From Candidatus Pacearchaeota archaeon (GTDB lineage: Archaea > Nanobdellota > Nanobdellia > Pacearchaeales > GW2011-AR1), in the NCBI GenBank assembly GCA_026395815.1, contig JAPLXZ010000011.1, forward strand, positions 1,638-65,637: DNA of 64,000 bases, in the 5' to 3' direction. A program made the translations under genes and the position numbers. This document shows positions 27,279-35,174 of this stretch, piece after piece; position 1 is the stretch's first letter, and each line of letters begins with the position of its first letter. The notes under the pieces were generated by a model that worked only from the letters and a program-made list of their open reading frames with translations, did no database searches and was not told the origin of the DNA.

Positions 27279-27905
27279 ATGCCAGACGAGCAATACAAAA
27301 GAAATATAGCATATAAATTTAGAATTGGAGAAGTTTTAATGGGAAAACCTATAATGGATGGCGAAAGATTTTCTTTTTTGGAATTGGGAAACAAGAAGAT
27401 AGTAAGAGTGAATATAATCGGCAATATAATAGAAAAGTATGAAAGTGAAGGGGAGAAGAAATATATCTTTTTCACTTTAGATGATGGTTCAGGGCAGATA
27501 AAATTAAAATCTTTTGGCGATGATGTGAATAAGTTCAAGAATTTAATGCAAGGGCAAACAGTTCTTGTTATTGGTGTTCTAAGAAATTTCAATAATGAAA
27601 CTTATATCTCCCCAGAAATTGTAAGAGAACAGAATCCAAAATATTTGCTGATTAGAAAATTAGAAACAGAGAAAGAAAGAAGCAATAGTTTTCAACCAAT
27701 GGCAAAAGAGCAGATTATTGCTGTTAAGGACAAAATTTTGGATATAATAAAGAATGCAGAGAAAGATGGCGGAATTGAGATGGATGTTATCATAATGAAT
27801 CTAAGGGAAATTTCCCCTGAAATAATAAATCAGGAAATTAAAAGGCTTTTAGAAGAAGGAATTATCTTTGAACCTCGTCCTGGAAAGATGAGGTGGTTGG
27901 GGTAA
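27279..27905 (+). CDS. RPA32/Stn1-like OB-fold protein with C-terminal winged helix
   Basis: OB-fold pattern (VRVNIIGNIIEKY...IFFTLDDGSGQIKLKSFG...VLVIGVLRNF) followed by a wH (DVIIMNLREISPEIINQEIKRLLEEGIIFEPRPGKMRW). Immediately downstream of mcm. Confidence 0.55.
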   Translation: MPDEQYKRNIAYKFRIGEVLMGKPIMDGERFSFLELGNKKIVRVNIIGNIIEKYESEGEKKYIFFTLDDGSGQIKLKSFGDDVNKFKNLMQGQTVLVIGVLRNFNNETYISPEIVREQNPKYLLIRKLETEKERSNSFQPMAKEQIIAVKDKILDIIKNAEKDGGIEMDVIIMNLREISPEIINQEIKRLLEEGIIFEPRPGKMRWLG

Positions 27906-27906
27906 A

Positions 27907-28211
27907 ATGAGAATTCCCTATTCAATAACAGTAAATACAGGAGAACAAGATGAGGCTTATTCAATTATTGAAAGATTTTTTTAGAAGCAAAGTCAGAAAT
28001 TGAAAAAAAGGTTAAGATAAAAGAATGCCCTTCAAAATTCAGGACTGATGTTAAAAGTTTATGCACGCTCTCAGCAGGAAATCCTTTAGCATCAAATGAA
28101 TTTGCACATATGTTATTTTACAAAAATAGTGTAGTTGCTGCGGTTCTTGAAACAAGGACAGATTCAAATTATATACGTTTTGATTATTTCTTTAACACAA
28201 AATCCTTATAA
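27907..28211 (+). pseudogene. Frameshifted ~100-codon ORF of unknown function
   Basis: An ATG 2 nt after the previous stop opens 25 codons that end at TAG 27982..27984, inside a T7 run (27976..27982). The -1 frame is then open for 76 codons with no start codon of its own (LEAKSEIEKK...RFDYFFNTKSL, stop 28209..28211). Confidence 0.5.
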
Positions 28212-28233
28212 ACCAATTCCTTCTTTAATTTTT

Positions 28234-28644
28234 ATGGAAAACTACGAAAAATTACTTGATGAAGCATATTTCAAAATAAAACCAATCGTTAGTTCTAGTG
28301 GTAGATTTGAAATTCCAAAAATAGAAGGACACTTTGAGGGGAAAAAAACAATTTTGACGAATTTTCTTCAGATTGTTTCATATGTAAGAAGAACTCCAGA
28401 ACATTTCCAAAAGTTCATGCTAAGAGAACTTGCAGCATCGGGGCAAATAGAAGGAGATAGGCTTGTATTAAACATGAAAGTTCCAAGTGCAAAGATAAAT
28501 CAAAAGATAGAACAATATGTAAAAGAATTTGTTTTATGCAAGGAATGTGGCAAGCCAGATACAGAACTGACAAAAGAAGACAGGCTTTCATTCATTCATT
28601 GCCTGGCTTGCGGAGCTAAACATTCAGTAAGAAGCAAGATATAA
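28234..28644 (+). CDS. eif2b: Translation initiation factor aIF2 beta subunit
   Basis: MENYEKLLDEAY..., RFEIPK, and C-terminal zinc ribbon CKECGKPDT...CLACG. The ATG at 28234 is preferred over the upstream TTG at 28135. Confidence 0.9.
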   Translation: MENYEKLLDEAYFKIKPIVSSSGRFEIPKIEGHFEGKKTILTNFLQIVSYVRRTPEHFQKFMLRELAASGQIEGDRLVLNMKVPSAKINQKIEQYVKEFVLCKECGKPDTELTKEDRLSFIHCLACGAKHSVRSKI

Positions 28645-28682
28645 AAGGAAGATTAAGCGAAGGAAACCTTGGTGTCCTCGCT
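28643..28682. repeat. Exact 40-nt hairpin-forming repeat, copy A
   Basis: AAAAGGAAGATTAAGCGAAGGAAACCTTGGTGTCCTCGCT is identical to 61161..61200. It forms the stem AGCGA(A)GGA / TCCTCGCT. It starts inside the aIF2-beta stop codon. Confidence 0.85.
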
Positions 28683-28781
28683 TTCCCTCATAATTCTCTC
28701 ATATAAACATTTAAAAGTGATATTAATTTCTAAATGTCATACAGATTCATAGAATTTGTCAATTAAATCGAAAAACAAACA

Positions 28782-28787
28782 AGGAGG
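28782..28787 (+). promoter_or_regulatory. Shine-Dalgarno-like site
   Basis: AGGAGG lies 4 nt upstream of the ATG at 28792. Confidence 0.5.
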
Positions 28788-28791
28788 CCAA

Positions 28792-28938
28792 ATGGTACAA
28801 GCTTATTGTGTGAAATGCAAGCAGACTGTAGAAATGAAAGACGGAAAAGAAACTAAGACTGTAAGGGGCACTAGAATGATGAAAGGCAAATGTCCTAAGT
28901 GCGGGATTACTGTCTGCAGAATGATGGGTAAGAAATAG
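28792..28938 (+). CDS. Small zinc-ribbon protein (DUF5679-like)
   Basis: MVQAYCVKCKQTVEMKDGKETKTVRGTRMMKGKCPKCGITVCR has a CxxC...CxxC ribbon. SD-supported start. Confidence 0.65.
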   Translation: MVQAYCVKCKQTVEMKDGKETKTVRGTRMMKGKCPKCGITVCRMMGKK

Positions 28939-28968
28939 ATTTATTAATCAGTTTATTTTTTCTTTCTT

Positions 28969-29265
28969 ATGTTAGTTAAAGTTATGAGTGCATATAGAGA
29001 CATTGTCGCAATTTGTGATTCTGAATTACTTGGGAAAAAGTTTGAAGAAGGAATATTCCAATTGGACATAAAAGAGAGTTTTTTTGGTGGAGGAGAGTTA
29101 GAAGAAGAAGCAGCAATTAAAATAATGGAAGAGATGTCAAAAAATGACGCCACGTTTAATATTGTTGGAAAGAATTCTGTCGATGCTGCGCTTAAGGCAG
29201 GCATAATAACTGAAGGAGGAATCAGACAAATTCAAGGAATTCCTTTCGCACTTGTGTTGTTATAA
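28969..29265 (+). CDS. DUF424-family protein
   Basis: VKVMSAYRDIVAICDSELLGKKF...FFGGGELEEE...NIVGKNSVDAALKAGII...IQGIPFA matches the archaeal DUF424 pattern recalled from memory. Confidence 0.6.
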   Translation: MLVKVMSAYRDIVAICDSELLGKKFEEGIFQLDIKESFFGGGELEEEAAIKIMEEMSKNDATFNIVGKNSVDAALKAGIITEGGIRQIQGIPFALVLL

Positions 29266-29425
29266 CCTTTGGATAAACTATTTTTATATAACAACATTTA
29301 TATAGCCAAAATTTTTTCAAGAAATATCTAATTCATTTAGATAGGTGATTTATTCATGAGATTAAAGAAAATTTCATTTAATTCAATTAAACATAAAATG
29401 GAAGACGAACCTCCCGATATAGAAA

Positions 29426-29686
29426 ATGATAAAAGAAATAGTAGGAATAATGATCTTGGGAATAGTCAGCGACATATTAGTGACTCTTTATTATATCTTC
29501 GTTGGAAGACTGCAGGCAATACCTGCATCATTACTGACAATTTTAATAACTTTGTTAAACTTCTTTATAATTGAAAAAGTAGTAATTAGCACAAATTGGG
29601 TGTTGATTGCAGCATATGCTTTTGGCTGTTCATTTGGATGTTTTTCTATAATCATGCTTCAGAAATCTAAATTAAAAAAAATATGA
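29426..29686 (+). CDS. Small integral membrane protein
   Basis: Three predicted hydrophobic helices. Preferred over the overlapping ORF 29356..29574. Confidence 0.45.
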   Translation: MIKEIVGIMILGIVSDILVTLYYIFVGRLQAIPASLLTILITLLNFFIIEKVVISTNWVLIAAYAFGCSFGCFSIIMLQKSKLKKI

Positions 29687-29779
29687 AAAAAAAGGGAAGA
29701 CAAAAAAAAGACGCTAAATAGTATCTATTTTAAATTTTATTCTGCATACTTTTATAAATAATCTATCAATTTAATATTC

Positions 29780-30136
29780 ATGCCAGAAGAAGAATTTAAG
29801 GATATTAGCGAAGAAGAAAATGAAGGAACTGCAGAAAATGGAGAACAAATAGTAAGCCGTGCTCCATTGCCAAGAGGAGAAGAAACAATAGGAATTATAG
29901 AACAAAGACTTGGGGGGAATAAAATGCTTGTAGACTGCTTAGATGGAAAAACAAGAAACTGCAGAGTTCCTGGAAGATTGAAGAGAAAATTATGGCTTCG
30001 TCCAGGAGATGTAGTTATGGTAGAGCCATGGGAACTTGATAAAAACAAAGGAGATGTAATACTAAAATATAAGCCAAATCAAATAGAATGGCTAAAAAAG
30101 AAAGGTTATCTTTCAAAAGGAAAAGCAGAATTCTAA
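29780..30136 (+). CDS. eif1a: Translation initiation factor aIF1A
   Basis: S1-like OB fold: GIIEQRLGGNKMLVDCLDGKTRNCRVPGRLKRKLWLRPGDVVMVEPWE. Confidence 0.92.
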   Translation: MPEEEFKDISEEENEGTAENGEQIVSRAPLPRGEETIGIIEQRLGGNKMLVDCLDGKTRNCRVPGRLKRKLWLRPGDVVMVEPWELDKNKGDVILKYKPNQIEWLKKKGYLSKGKAEF

Positions 30137-30139
30137 AAA

Positions 30140-30364
30140 TTAATGACAGCTAACACATCCAGTATCTCTATGCAGATTATCAAAGAGCTCTTTTACATCT
30201 TCTTCAGTCATCTTTTCTAATTTCTGTCTAAACACACCCTCTAACATTTGAGGATTAGTAGTTAGTATTTTAGATTTATCTCCGTCAATCTTTAAATAAA
30301 TCTCTTCCCATGAAGCACCATGTGTTAATCCTTTCAAAAGAGATAGCCTATAATATTCAACCAT
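30140..30364 (-). CDS. Hypothetical protein
   Basis: ORF only. Confidence 0.35.
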   Translation of the reverse strand: MVEYYRLSLLKGLTHGASWEEIYLKIDGDKSKILTTNPQMLEGVFRQKLEKMTEEDVKELFDNLHRDTGCVSCH

Positions 30365-30462
30365 AGTTTAAAAGAATAAAACCAGTATAAAAATATTATT
30401 GTAATGATTAAAAGATATTTATCCTTAACAAAGCATAAAAAGAATTACAAATCTTGCTTTTT

Positions 30463-30792
30463 ATGACAGAAAATTTAGAAGAAAAGGCAAAAAATAGGGT
30501 TATTATCTTGGGATTAAGAACAGAATTAGAAGAGATAGAAAATAATCCTTTAAAATTTATAGAAGAAAAAGATGCAGAAATAATATACTGCAGAACTATG
30601 GATTCATTCACTAAAGCAGTATTAGAAAAAATGCCTGTAAGCGTATATTATACTGGAAAAATTAGGCAGTGTTATGATGCTAATGGCATGGAGTATTGGA
30701 TGACTATAAATAATCCAAGAAGGATAAGAAAATATATCAAGTCAAAGGGAATTAAAAAAATAATCAAGATAGATATACAAGAAACTATCTAA
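30463..30792 (+). CDS. Hypothetical protein
   Basis: ORF only. The ATG at 30463 follows the TTG at 30454. Confidence 0.35.
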   Translation: MTENLEEKAKNRVIILGLRTELEEIENNPLKFIEEKDAEIIYCRTMDSFTKAVLEKMPVSVYYTGKIRQCYDANGMEYWMTINNPRRIRKYIKSKGIKKIIKIDIQETI

Positions 30793-30824
30793 ATGCTTAA
30801 AAATAAATTATTATCTTTAAAATT

Positions 30825-31001
30825 ATGGCAAAAAAATTAGAGAAAACAGTAAAAGAAGAAAAGCCCAACAACTTAGAAAGATTTGGGCATTATTTATTAG
30901 ATGTTATGGGTACAATAATGGACGGAAGAACAATGCATCATCATAAGATGTATAATACTAGCCGAGAAAACAAGGTAATCCATCCATACTTTAGTTATTA
31001 A
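30825..31001 (+). CDS. Hypothetical 58-aa protein
   Basis: ORF below the track cutoff (MAKKLEKTVKEEKPNNLERFGHYLLDVMG...). Weak resemblance to the next small ORF (MAK.L.K, E.FG.Y). Confidence 0.25.
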   Translation: MAKKLEKTVKEEKPNNLERFGHYLLDVMGTIMDGRTMHHHKMYNTSRENKVIHPYFSY

Positions 31002-31037
31002 CAAAATATTTAAAAGGAGATTAATTTTTAACCAAAC

Positions 31038-31229
31038 ATGGCAAAAACTTTAGATAAAAAATTTAATAGAATAAGAAAAATAAAAAAACAGTATAAAAAA
31101 TACGCAACAGGGGACTATGAAAATTTTGGGTATTACTTTTCAAATATGATTAAGATACTATTTGGTAAAGAACCAAATCATGTTTCTCCCCATAACAGAA
31201 TTGTTAATTGTGATCTAAAGGGCTGGTAA
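31038..31229 (+). CDS. Hypothetical 63-aa protein
   Basis: ORF only. See 30825..31001. Confidence 0.25.
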   Translation: MAKTLDKKFNRIRKIKKQYKKYATGDYENFGYYFSNMIKILFGKEPNHVSPHNRIVNCDLKGW

Positions 31230-31274
31230 TCTTCCAGCAAAACCCTTAAAAATATCTATCTTCTTTGTAATCTT

Positions 31275-31805
31275 ATGAAAATAATTCTTTCTGAAGAAAC
31301 AGCGAACATAATAAAGAACAAAAAAAGACTTTAAAGATTACTAAATGTAAAAATAACAATCAAAGGAGAAGAAATCTCAGTAGAAGGCAGTCCAGAAGAC
31401 GAATACATTGCAGAGAAAGTTATTGATGCTATAGGTTTTGGGTTTCCTCTTTCAGTCGCACTATCTATAAAATTAGAAGATTTTCTTTTTGAAATTTTGA
31501 ATATAAAAGATTATACACCAAGAAAAGATTTTGAAACAATAAGAGCAAGAATAATAGGAAAGGGTGGAAAAAGTCTCAAAACTTTAAACACTTTGACAAA
31601 TTGCCATTTTGAACTTAAAGATAATGATGTAGGCATTATAGGTTCGCCAGAATGCATAAAAAATGCTCAAGATGCTGTTATTATGGTAATACAAGGCTCA
31701 AAACATGCGAATGTTTATAGTTATCTTGAAAAACATCATGTTCAACCCATTCTAGATCTAGGATTGAAAAAAAAGAAAAGGACTAAAAAGAAATCTGAGG
31801 AATAA
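31275..31805 (+). pseudogene. KH-domain RNA-binding protein interrupted by an in-frame TAA
   Basis: ATG 31275, then 19 codons, then TAA at 31332..31334. The same frame continues RLLNVKITIKGEEISVEG...RIIGKGGKSLKTL (GxxG KH motif)...VIQGSKH to the stop at 31803..31805. There is no ATG/GTG/TTG between the TAA and 31497. Confidence 0.6.
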
Positions 31806-31807
31806 AA

Positions 31808-31880
31808 CGTCCCGGAGAGGACTCGAACCTCTGACATCGTGGTTAACAGCCACGCGCTCTACCAGCTGAGCTACCAGGAC
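31808..31880 (-). tRNA. tRNA-Asn(GUU)
   Basis: Acceptor GUCCUGG/CCGGGAC, D arm GCUC-AGCUGGUA-GAGC, anticodon stem CGUGG/CCACG with loop CUGUUAA, T arm AGAGG-UUCGAGU-CCUCU. Confidence 0.9.
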
Positions 31881-31946
31881 CTAATCAACCAAATTTTTTT
31901 TGATATTTAAAGTTATTCTTTAGTATTTCGGATAAGTAATTTAGAA

Positions 31947-32108
31947 TTAAATTTGTCCCGTCTCATTAAACTTCTTCATCATCTTTTCTATAATAACCTG
32001 CATAGCAAATCCTTTCCTGCTGCAGGTCTTAGCAAATTCGTCATAAGTTTTTCTATCAATGTTATAATCGATTCTTGCCTTTTGAGGTCCTGGTGGATAT
32101 GATGCCAT
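31947..32108 (-). CDS. Ribbon-helix-helix (CopG-like) small protein
   Basis: 53-aa ORF below the track cutoff: MASYPPGPQKARIDYNIDRKTYDEFAKTCSRKGFAMQVIIEKMMKKFNETGQI. It shows a beta-strand plus two helices typical of RHH. Confidence 0.45.
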   Translation of the reverse strand: MASYPPGPQKARIDYNIDRKTYDEFAKTCSRKGFAMQVIIEKMMKKFNETGQI

Positions 32109-32182
32109 AATTAAACAATACAAAGATATTTTATAAATGTTTTTAACACAATATTTATTAATTAAAATTTCCTCTATTTTCT

Positions 32183-32734
32183 ATGGAATTGGATAAAGCA
32201 ATCCAGAATAGGCATAGTGTAAGAAAGTTTAGCAATAAAAAGCCAGATTGGAGAACGATAATCGAATGCCTTGATGCTTCTCGTTTTGCACCAATGGCAG
32301 GAAACATATACACTGCCAGGTTTATAATTGTGGATGATGTAGAAAAAATAAGAAAAATAGCAGAAGCTGCACAACAGGACTTTATCTCAGAAGCAAAGTA
32401 TCTCCTTGTAGTTTGTTCTGCTCCTTCAAAAACATTAAATGCATATGAAGAAAGAGGAAAGAATTATTATAAACAACAAGCAGGAGCAGCAATCCAAAAT
32501 TTCCTGTTAAAGATAGAGGAAGCTGGTTTGGCAACTTGCTGGATAGGGCATTTTGTAGAAGAACAAGTAAAAGATGAATTAAAAATTCCTGATGACATAA
32601 CTGTTGAAGCTTTGTTTCCTATTGGTTATGAGTTTACAAAATCAAGAAGAAAATCAAAAATAGATTTGGATAGAATTCTCTATTTTAATTCTTACCAAAA
32701 TAAAAAGATGAAAAATCCTGTTAGAGGGGATTAA
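32183..32734 (+). CDS. Nitroreductase-family protein
   Basis: AIQNRHSVRKFSNKKP start and a conserved C-terminal region IPDDITVEALFPIGY. Confidence 0.88.
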   Translation: MELDKAIQNRHSVRKFSNKKPDWRTIIECLDASRFAPMAGNIYTARFIIVDDVEKIRKIAEAAQQDFISEAKYLLVVCSAPSKTLNAYEERGKNYYKQQAGAAIQNFLLKIEEAGLATCWIGHFVEEQVKDELKIPDDITVEALFPIGYEFTKSRRKSKIDLDRILYFNSYQNKKMKNPVRGD

Positions 32735-32775
32735 AAAAAGAAAAAAGGGAAAAATAAAAAATAAAAAATTCCTTT

Positions 32776-33855
32776 TTATCTCCAAACTTCAATTCCTAAA
32801 TCAGTCATTTCTCTAGAGACAGGACTTGTAGTTTGTTCGATGTTTCTTCCTAAGACATATGGGGATTTGACGCCAGTCATTATTGTTATTACTCTAACTT
32901 TTCCAGTAAATTCCTTGCTGATTCTGGCTCCTATAATCACCTGTGCATCTGGACTTAAATTTTCAGATACGACTCTCCCTATAAGATCAAATTCTTCCAA
33001 TTTTAAATCAGGGCCACAGGTTACGTGTATCAATGCTCCAGTAGCACCTTTATAATCCACGTCAAGTAGAGGATGTGTAAGGGCTTGCTGAACAGATTCC
33101 ATAACCTTATTTTGAGTGTCTGCTTCTCCAATTCCAATTACTGCAACACCGCCGTCTTTCATTATAGCAGAAACATCTGCATAGTCTAAATTAATTAAGC
33201 TTGGTAAGGTTATTGTCTCAACAATTCCTTTAACCATTGTGCTTACAAGTTCATTTGCAACAGCAAAAGCCTGTTCAATTGGCAATTGTCCTGCAATGTC
33301 AACAAGTCTATTGTTGTCAAGAACAATTGCAGTATCACTAACTTCTCTTAATTCTTGCAAGCCAAATTCAGCCTTGTCTACTCTAGCTCTTTCTGATTCA
33401 AAGGGCATAGTAACAACACTAATAACTACTGCTCCTGATTCCTTAGCAATTTGAGAAATTACAGGAGCTGCTCCTGTTCCAGTGCCTCCACCCATTCCTG
33501 CAATGACAAACACCATATCTGCTCCGCCTACTGCTTTTTTCAAATCAACAAGTGCTTCTTTTGCAGCTTCTCTTCCTGTTTGAGGCTTTCCTCCTGCGCC
33601 TAATCCTCTTGTAAGCTCCTTACCAATAAGAATTTTCTCATCAGCTTTGGATACACTAAGATGAAGCGCATCTGTATTAGCTGCATAAACTGTTGCCCCA
33701 TTGATTCCTTTGTTAAAAAGCCATGTTACTGCATTGCAACCCATTCCACCAACTCCGATAACTTTTATGTTAGCCTTTCCAGCTTTTAGTTCATCAAAGT
33801 TGATGCTATGCGTTTCTGCGTTTTGTATCGCTTCTTTTGCGAAATCTAATACCAT
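32776..33855 (-). CDS. ftsZ: Cell division protein FtsZ
   Basis: IKVIGVGGMGCNAV and the tubulin signature GMGGGTGTGAAPV. The ATG at 33855 is preceded by GGAGG; the track start at 33876 is a TTG. Confidence 0.95.
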   Translation of the reverse strand: MVLDFAKEAIQNAETHSINFDELKAGKANIKVIGVGGMGCNAVTWLFNKGINGATVYAANTDALHLSVSKADEKILIGKELTRGLGAGGKPQTGREAAKEALVDLKKAVGGADMVFVIAGMGGGTGTGAAPVISQIAKESGAVVISVVTMPFESERARVDKAEFGLQELREVSDTAIVLDNNRLVDIAGQLPIEQAFAVANELVSTMVKGIVETITLPSLINLDYADVSAIMKDGGVAVIGIGEADTQNKVMESVQQALTHPLLDVDYKGATGALIHVTCGPDLKLEEFDLIGRVVSENLSPDAQVIIGARISKEFTGKVRVITIMTGVKSPYVLGRNIEQTTSPVSREMTDLGIEVWR

Positions 33856-33865
33856 CTTTTCTTTT

Positions 33866-33870
33866 CCTCC
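33866..33870 (-). promoter_or_regulatory. Shine-Dalgarno-like site for ftsZ
   Basis: GGAGG on the minus strand, 10 nt upstream of the ATG at 33855. Confidence 0.5.
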
Positions 33871-34064
33871 TTTCAATTGTTAATGCCAGATTTGCAACCC
33901 TATGGAAAAGTTTATATATTTCATACATTTCCGGCTATTATCAAAAGAAAAAGATGCCTCATCAAAGAATATTAATTTATTCTACATGACGTTTAAATTA
34001 ATATTAAGAAAGTGAGGCACCTTTTATTTAAATATATTTTGATTCTTGAGAATATCTTTTATTT

Positions 34065-34634
34065 TTAATCAATTAAGAGTTTTTCTAACTTTTTTATTTT
34101 CTCCCAACTCTTTTTCAGCTTTTTATTTGCCTCTTCAATCACGATTTTTAAAAATTCATCATCGACTAGCATTTTCTTCTGATTAATAATCGGAAATTCC
34201 AGCCTTTCTGTACTGTTCAATTCCAAAGTAAAGCCATTTTTCATTCCGACTATGCCAGATTTTTTCCATCCTGCTAATTTTGCCTTGTTGTAAAGTTTCT
34301 GAGCATCTTCTAAAGTTCTGCACGCAACATGCAAGATACAGGGTTCCAGTTTGAATTTTATTTCTTTATTTTTTTTCAAAGCAGTATCCAAATCTTCCTT
34401 TAGTTTTTCTAAAGAAATATTATTATGATAAACAAAAACAAAAAGATTTTTCTCTTTTTTATCTTGGTCTATCATCAGTACTATTCTTCCAGAACAAGAA
34501 GAAGTTGTATAATACTCACTTGATAAGTTTATTTTATTGCATAGAATAGTAATTCTTTCATCCCATATATTCTTATTAGATTTGTCAAGTTTTGAAAGAA
34601 CATCTTTTTTTCTTTTTGAAAATTCTTCTATCAT
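34065..34634 (-). CDS. taw3: tRNA wyosine-derivative methyltransferase Taw3 (TYW3 family)
   Basis: DKSNKNIWDERITILCNKIN...YYTTSSCSGRIVL is the TYW3 hallmark. ATG at 34634 (MIEEFSKRK). Confidence 0.8.
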   Translation of the reverse strand: MIEEFSKRKKDVLSKLDKSNKNIWDERITILCNKINLSSEYYTTSSCSGRIVLMIDQDKKEKNLFVFVYHNNISLEKLKEDLDTALKKNKEIKFKLEPCILHVACRTLEDAQKLYNKAKLAGWKKSGIVGMKNGFTLELNSTERLEFPIINQKKMLVDDEFLKIVIEEANKKLKKSWEKIKKLEKLLID

Positions 34635-34665
34635 AAAAAATAAATGAAAAGGCAATTTAAATATC

Positions 34666-34944
34666 TTAATTAGAATGAACTTCTCTCTTTGTTGTATAAT
34701 AGGGAGATTTTTTATTTGTTGTTGTACTTCTCCAGATATCTCTCTTCATTTTTTCAAATCTTTCTTCATCTACAGACTTTCCTTCTTGCAACATAAGTCG
34801 ATCGTCTGTTGTAGAAAAAATAGGAAACTCTGCTCGGTATCTTCTGTCTCCAACTTGTTTCATAACATCTCTTAAATTAGTTATTGATTCATTTCTATAT
34901 CCTCCTGAAGGATTAGTCTTTTTCGGAGTCTTAGTGTTTTCCAT
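34666..34944 (-). CDS. Hypothetical protein
   Basis: ORF only. Lies 39 nt downstream of repeat copy 2. Confidence 0.4.
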   Translation of the reverse strand: MENTKTPKKTNPSGGYRNESITNLRDVMKQVGDRRYRAEFPIFSTTDDRLMLQEGKSVDEERFEKMKRDIWRSTTTNKKSPYYTTKREVHSN

Positions 34945-34982
34945 TTTATAACAGATATCATAAAGTATATAAGATTATTCCT

Positions 34983-35078
34983 TTATGAAAATTCTCCTGA
35001 ATTTTTATTTGTGCTGTCGTTCGGCTCTGACAAACGAATGGCTGACTTCCTGTCTGCAATGAACTTTAGTTCTGTCAT
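34983..35078 (-). repeat. Copy 2 of the ~96-nt repeated leader element
   Basis: See 15195..15290. Preceded by TTTAGGAGATTTTGCATA, which is an SD plus spacer for its own ATG at 35078. Confidence 0.6.
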
Positions 35079-35125
35079 TATGCAAAATCTCCTAAATTTT
35101 GTATCCGGAACAAAGTGAGGATATT

Positions 35126-35158
35126 ATGAAATATCCAAATTCAGATGGTATGTTTCAT
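35126..35158. repeat. Short 3'-flank hairpin repeat, copy A
   Basis: ATGAAATATCCAAATTCAGATGGTATGTTTCAT versus 51248..51279 (ATGAAATTTCCAAATTCAAAGGTATGTTTCAT). ATGAAA/TTTCAT inverted ends. Lies 16 nt past the stop of the minus-strand MBL gene. Confidence 0.5.
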
Positions 35159-35174
35159 CCGGAATAATCGGAGA

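Noticed and set aside
29356-29574. 72-aa ORF overlapping the small membrane protein gene
   Set aside because: It overlaps 29426..29686 in another frame. That ORF has clear TM helices, whereas this one has no features.
30825-31229. Tandem small ORFs (58 and 63 aa) as a paralogous toxin-antitoxin-like pair
   Set aside because: Their similarity is limited to MAK.L.K and E.FG.Y. No recognisable toxin or antitoxin fold is evident. They are kept only as low-confidence ORFs.
31332-31334. Stop-codon reassignment (TAA as sense) as an explanation for the interrupted KH gene
   Set aside because: Many well-conserved genes in the window end at TAA exactly where their families normally end (for example rbr, gatB, eL15). 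A genome-wide recoding is therefore not supported.
33877-34064. 7-bp inverted repeat (TGCCTCA...TGAGGCA) upstream of ftsZ as a regulatory structure
   Set aside because: The arms are short and about 50 nt apart in AT-rich sequence, so the match is within chance expectation.
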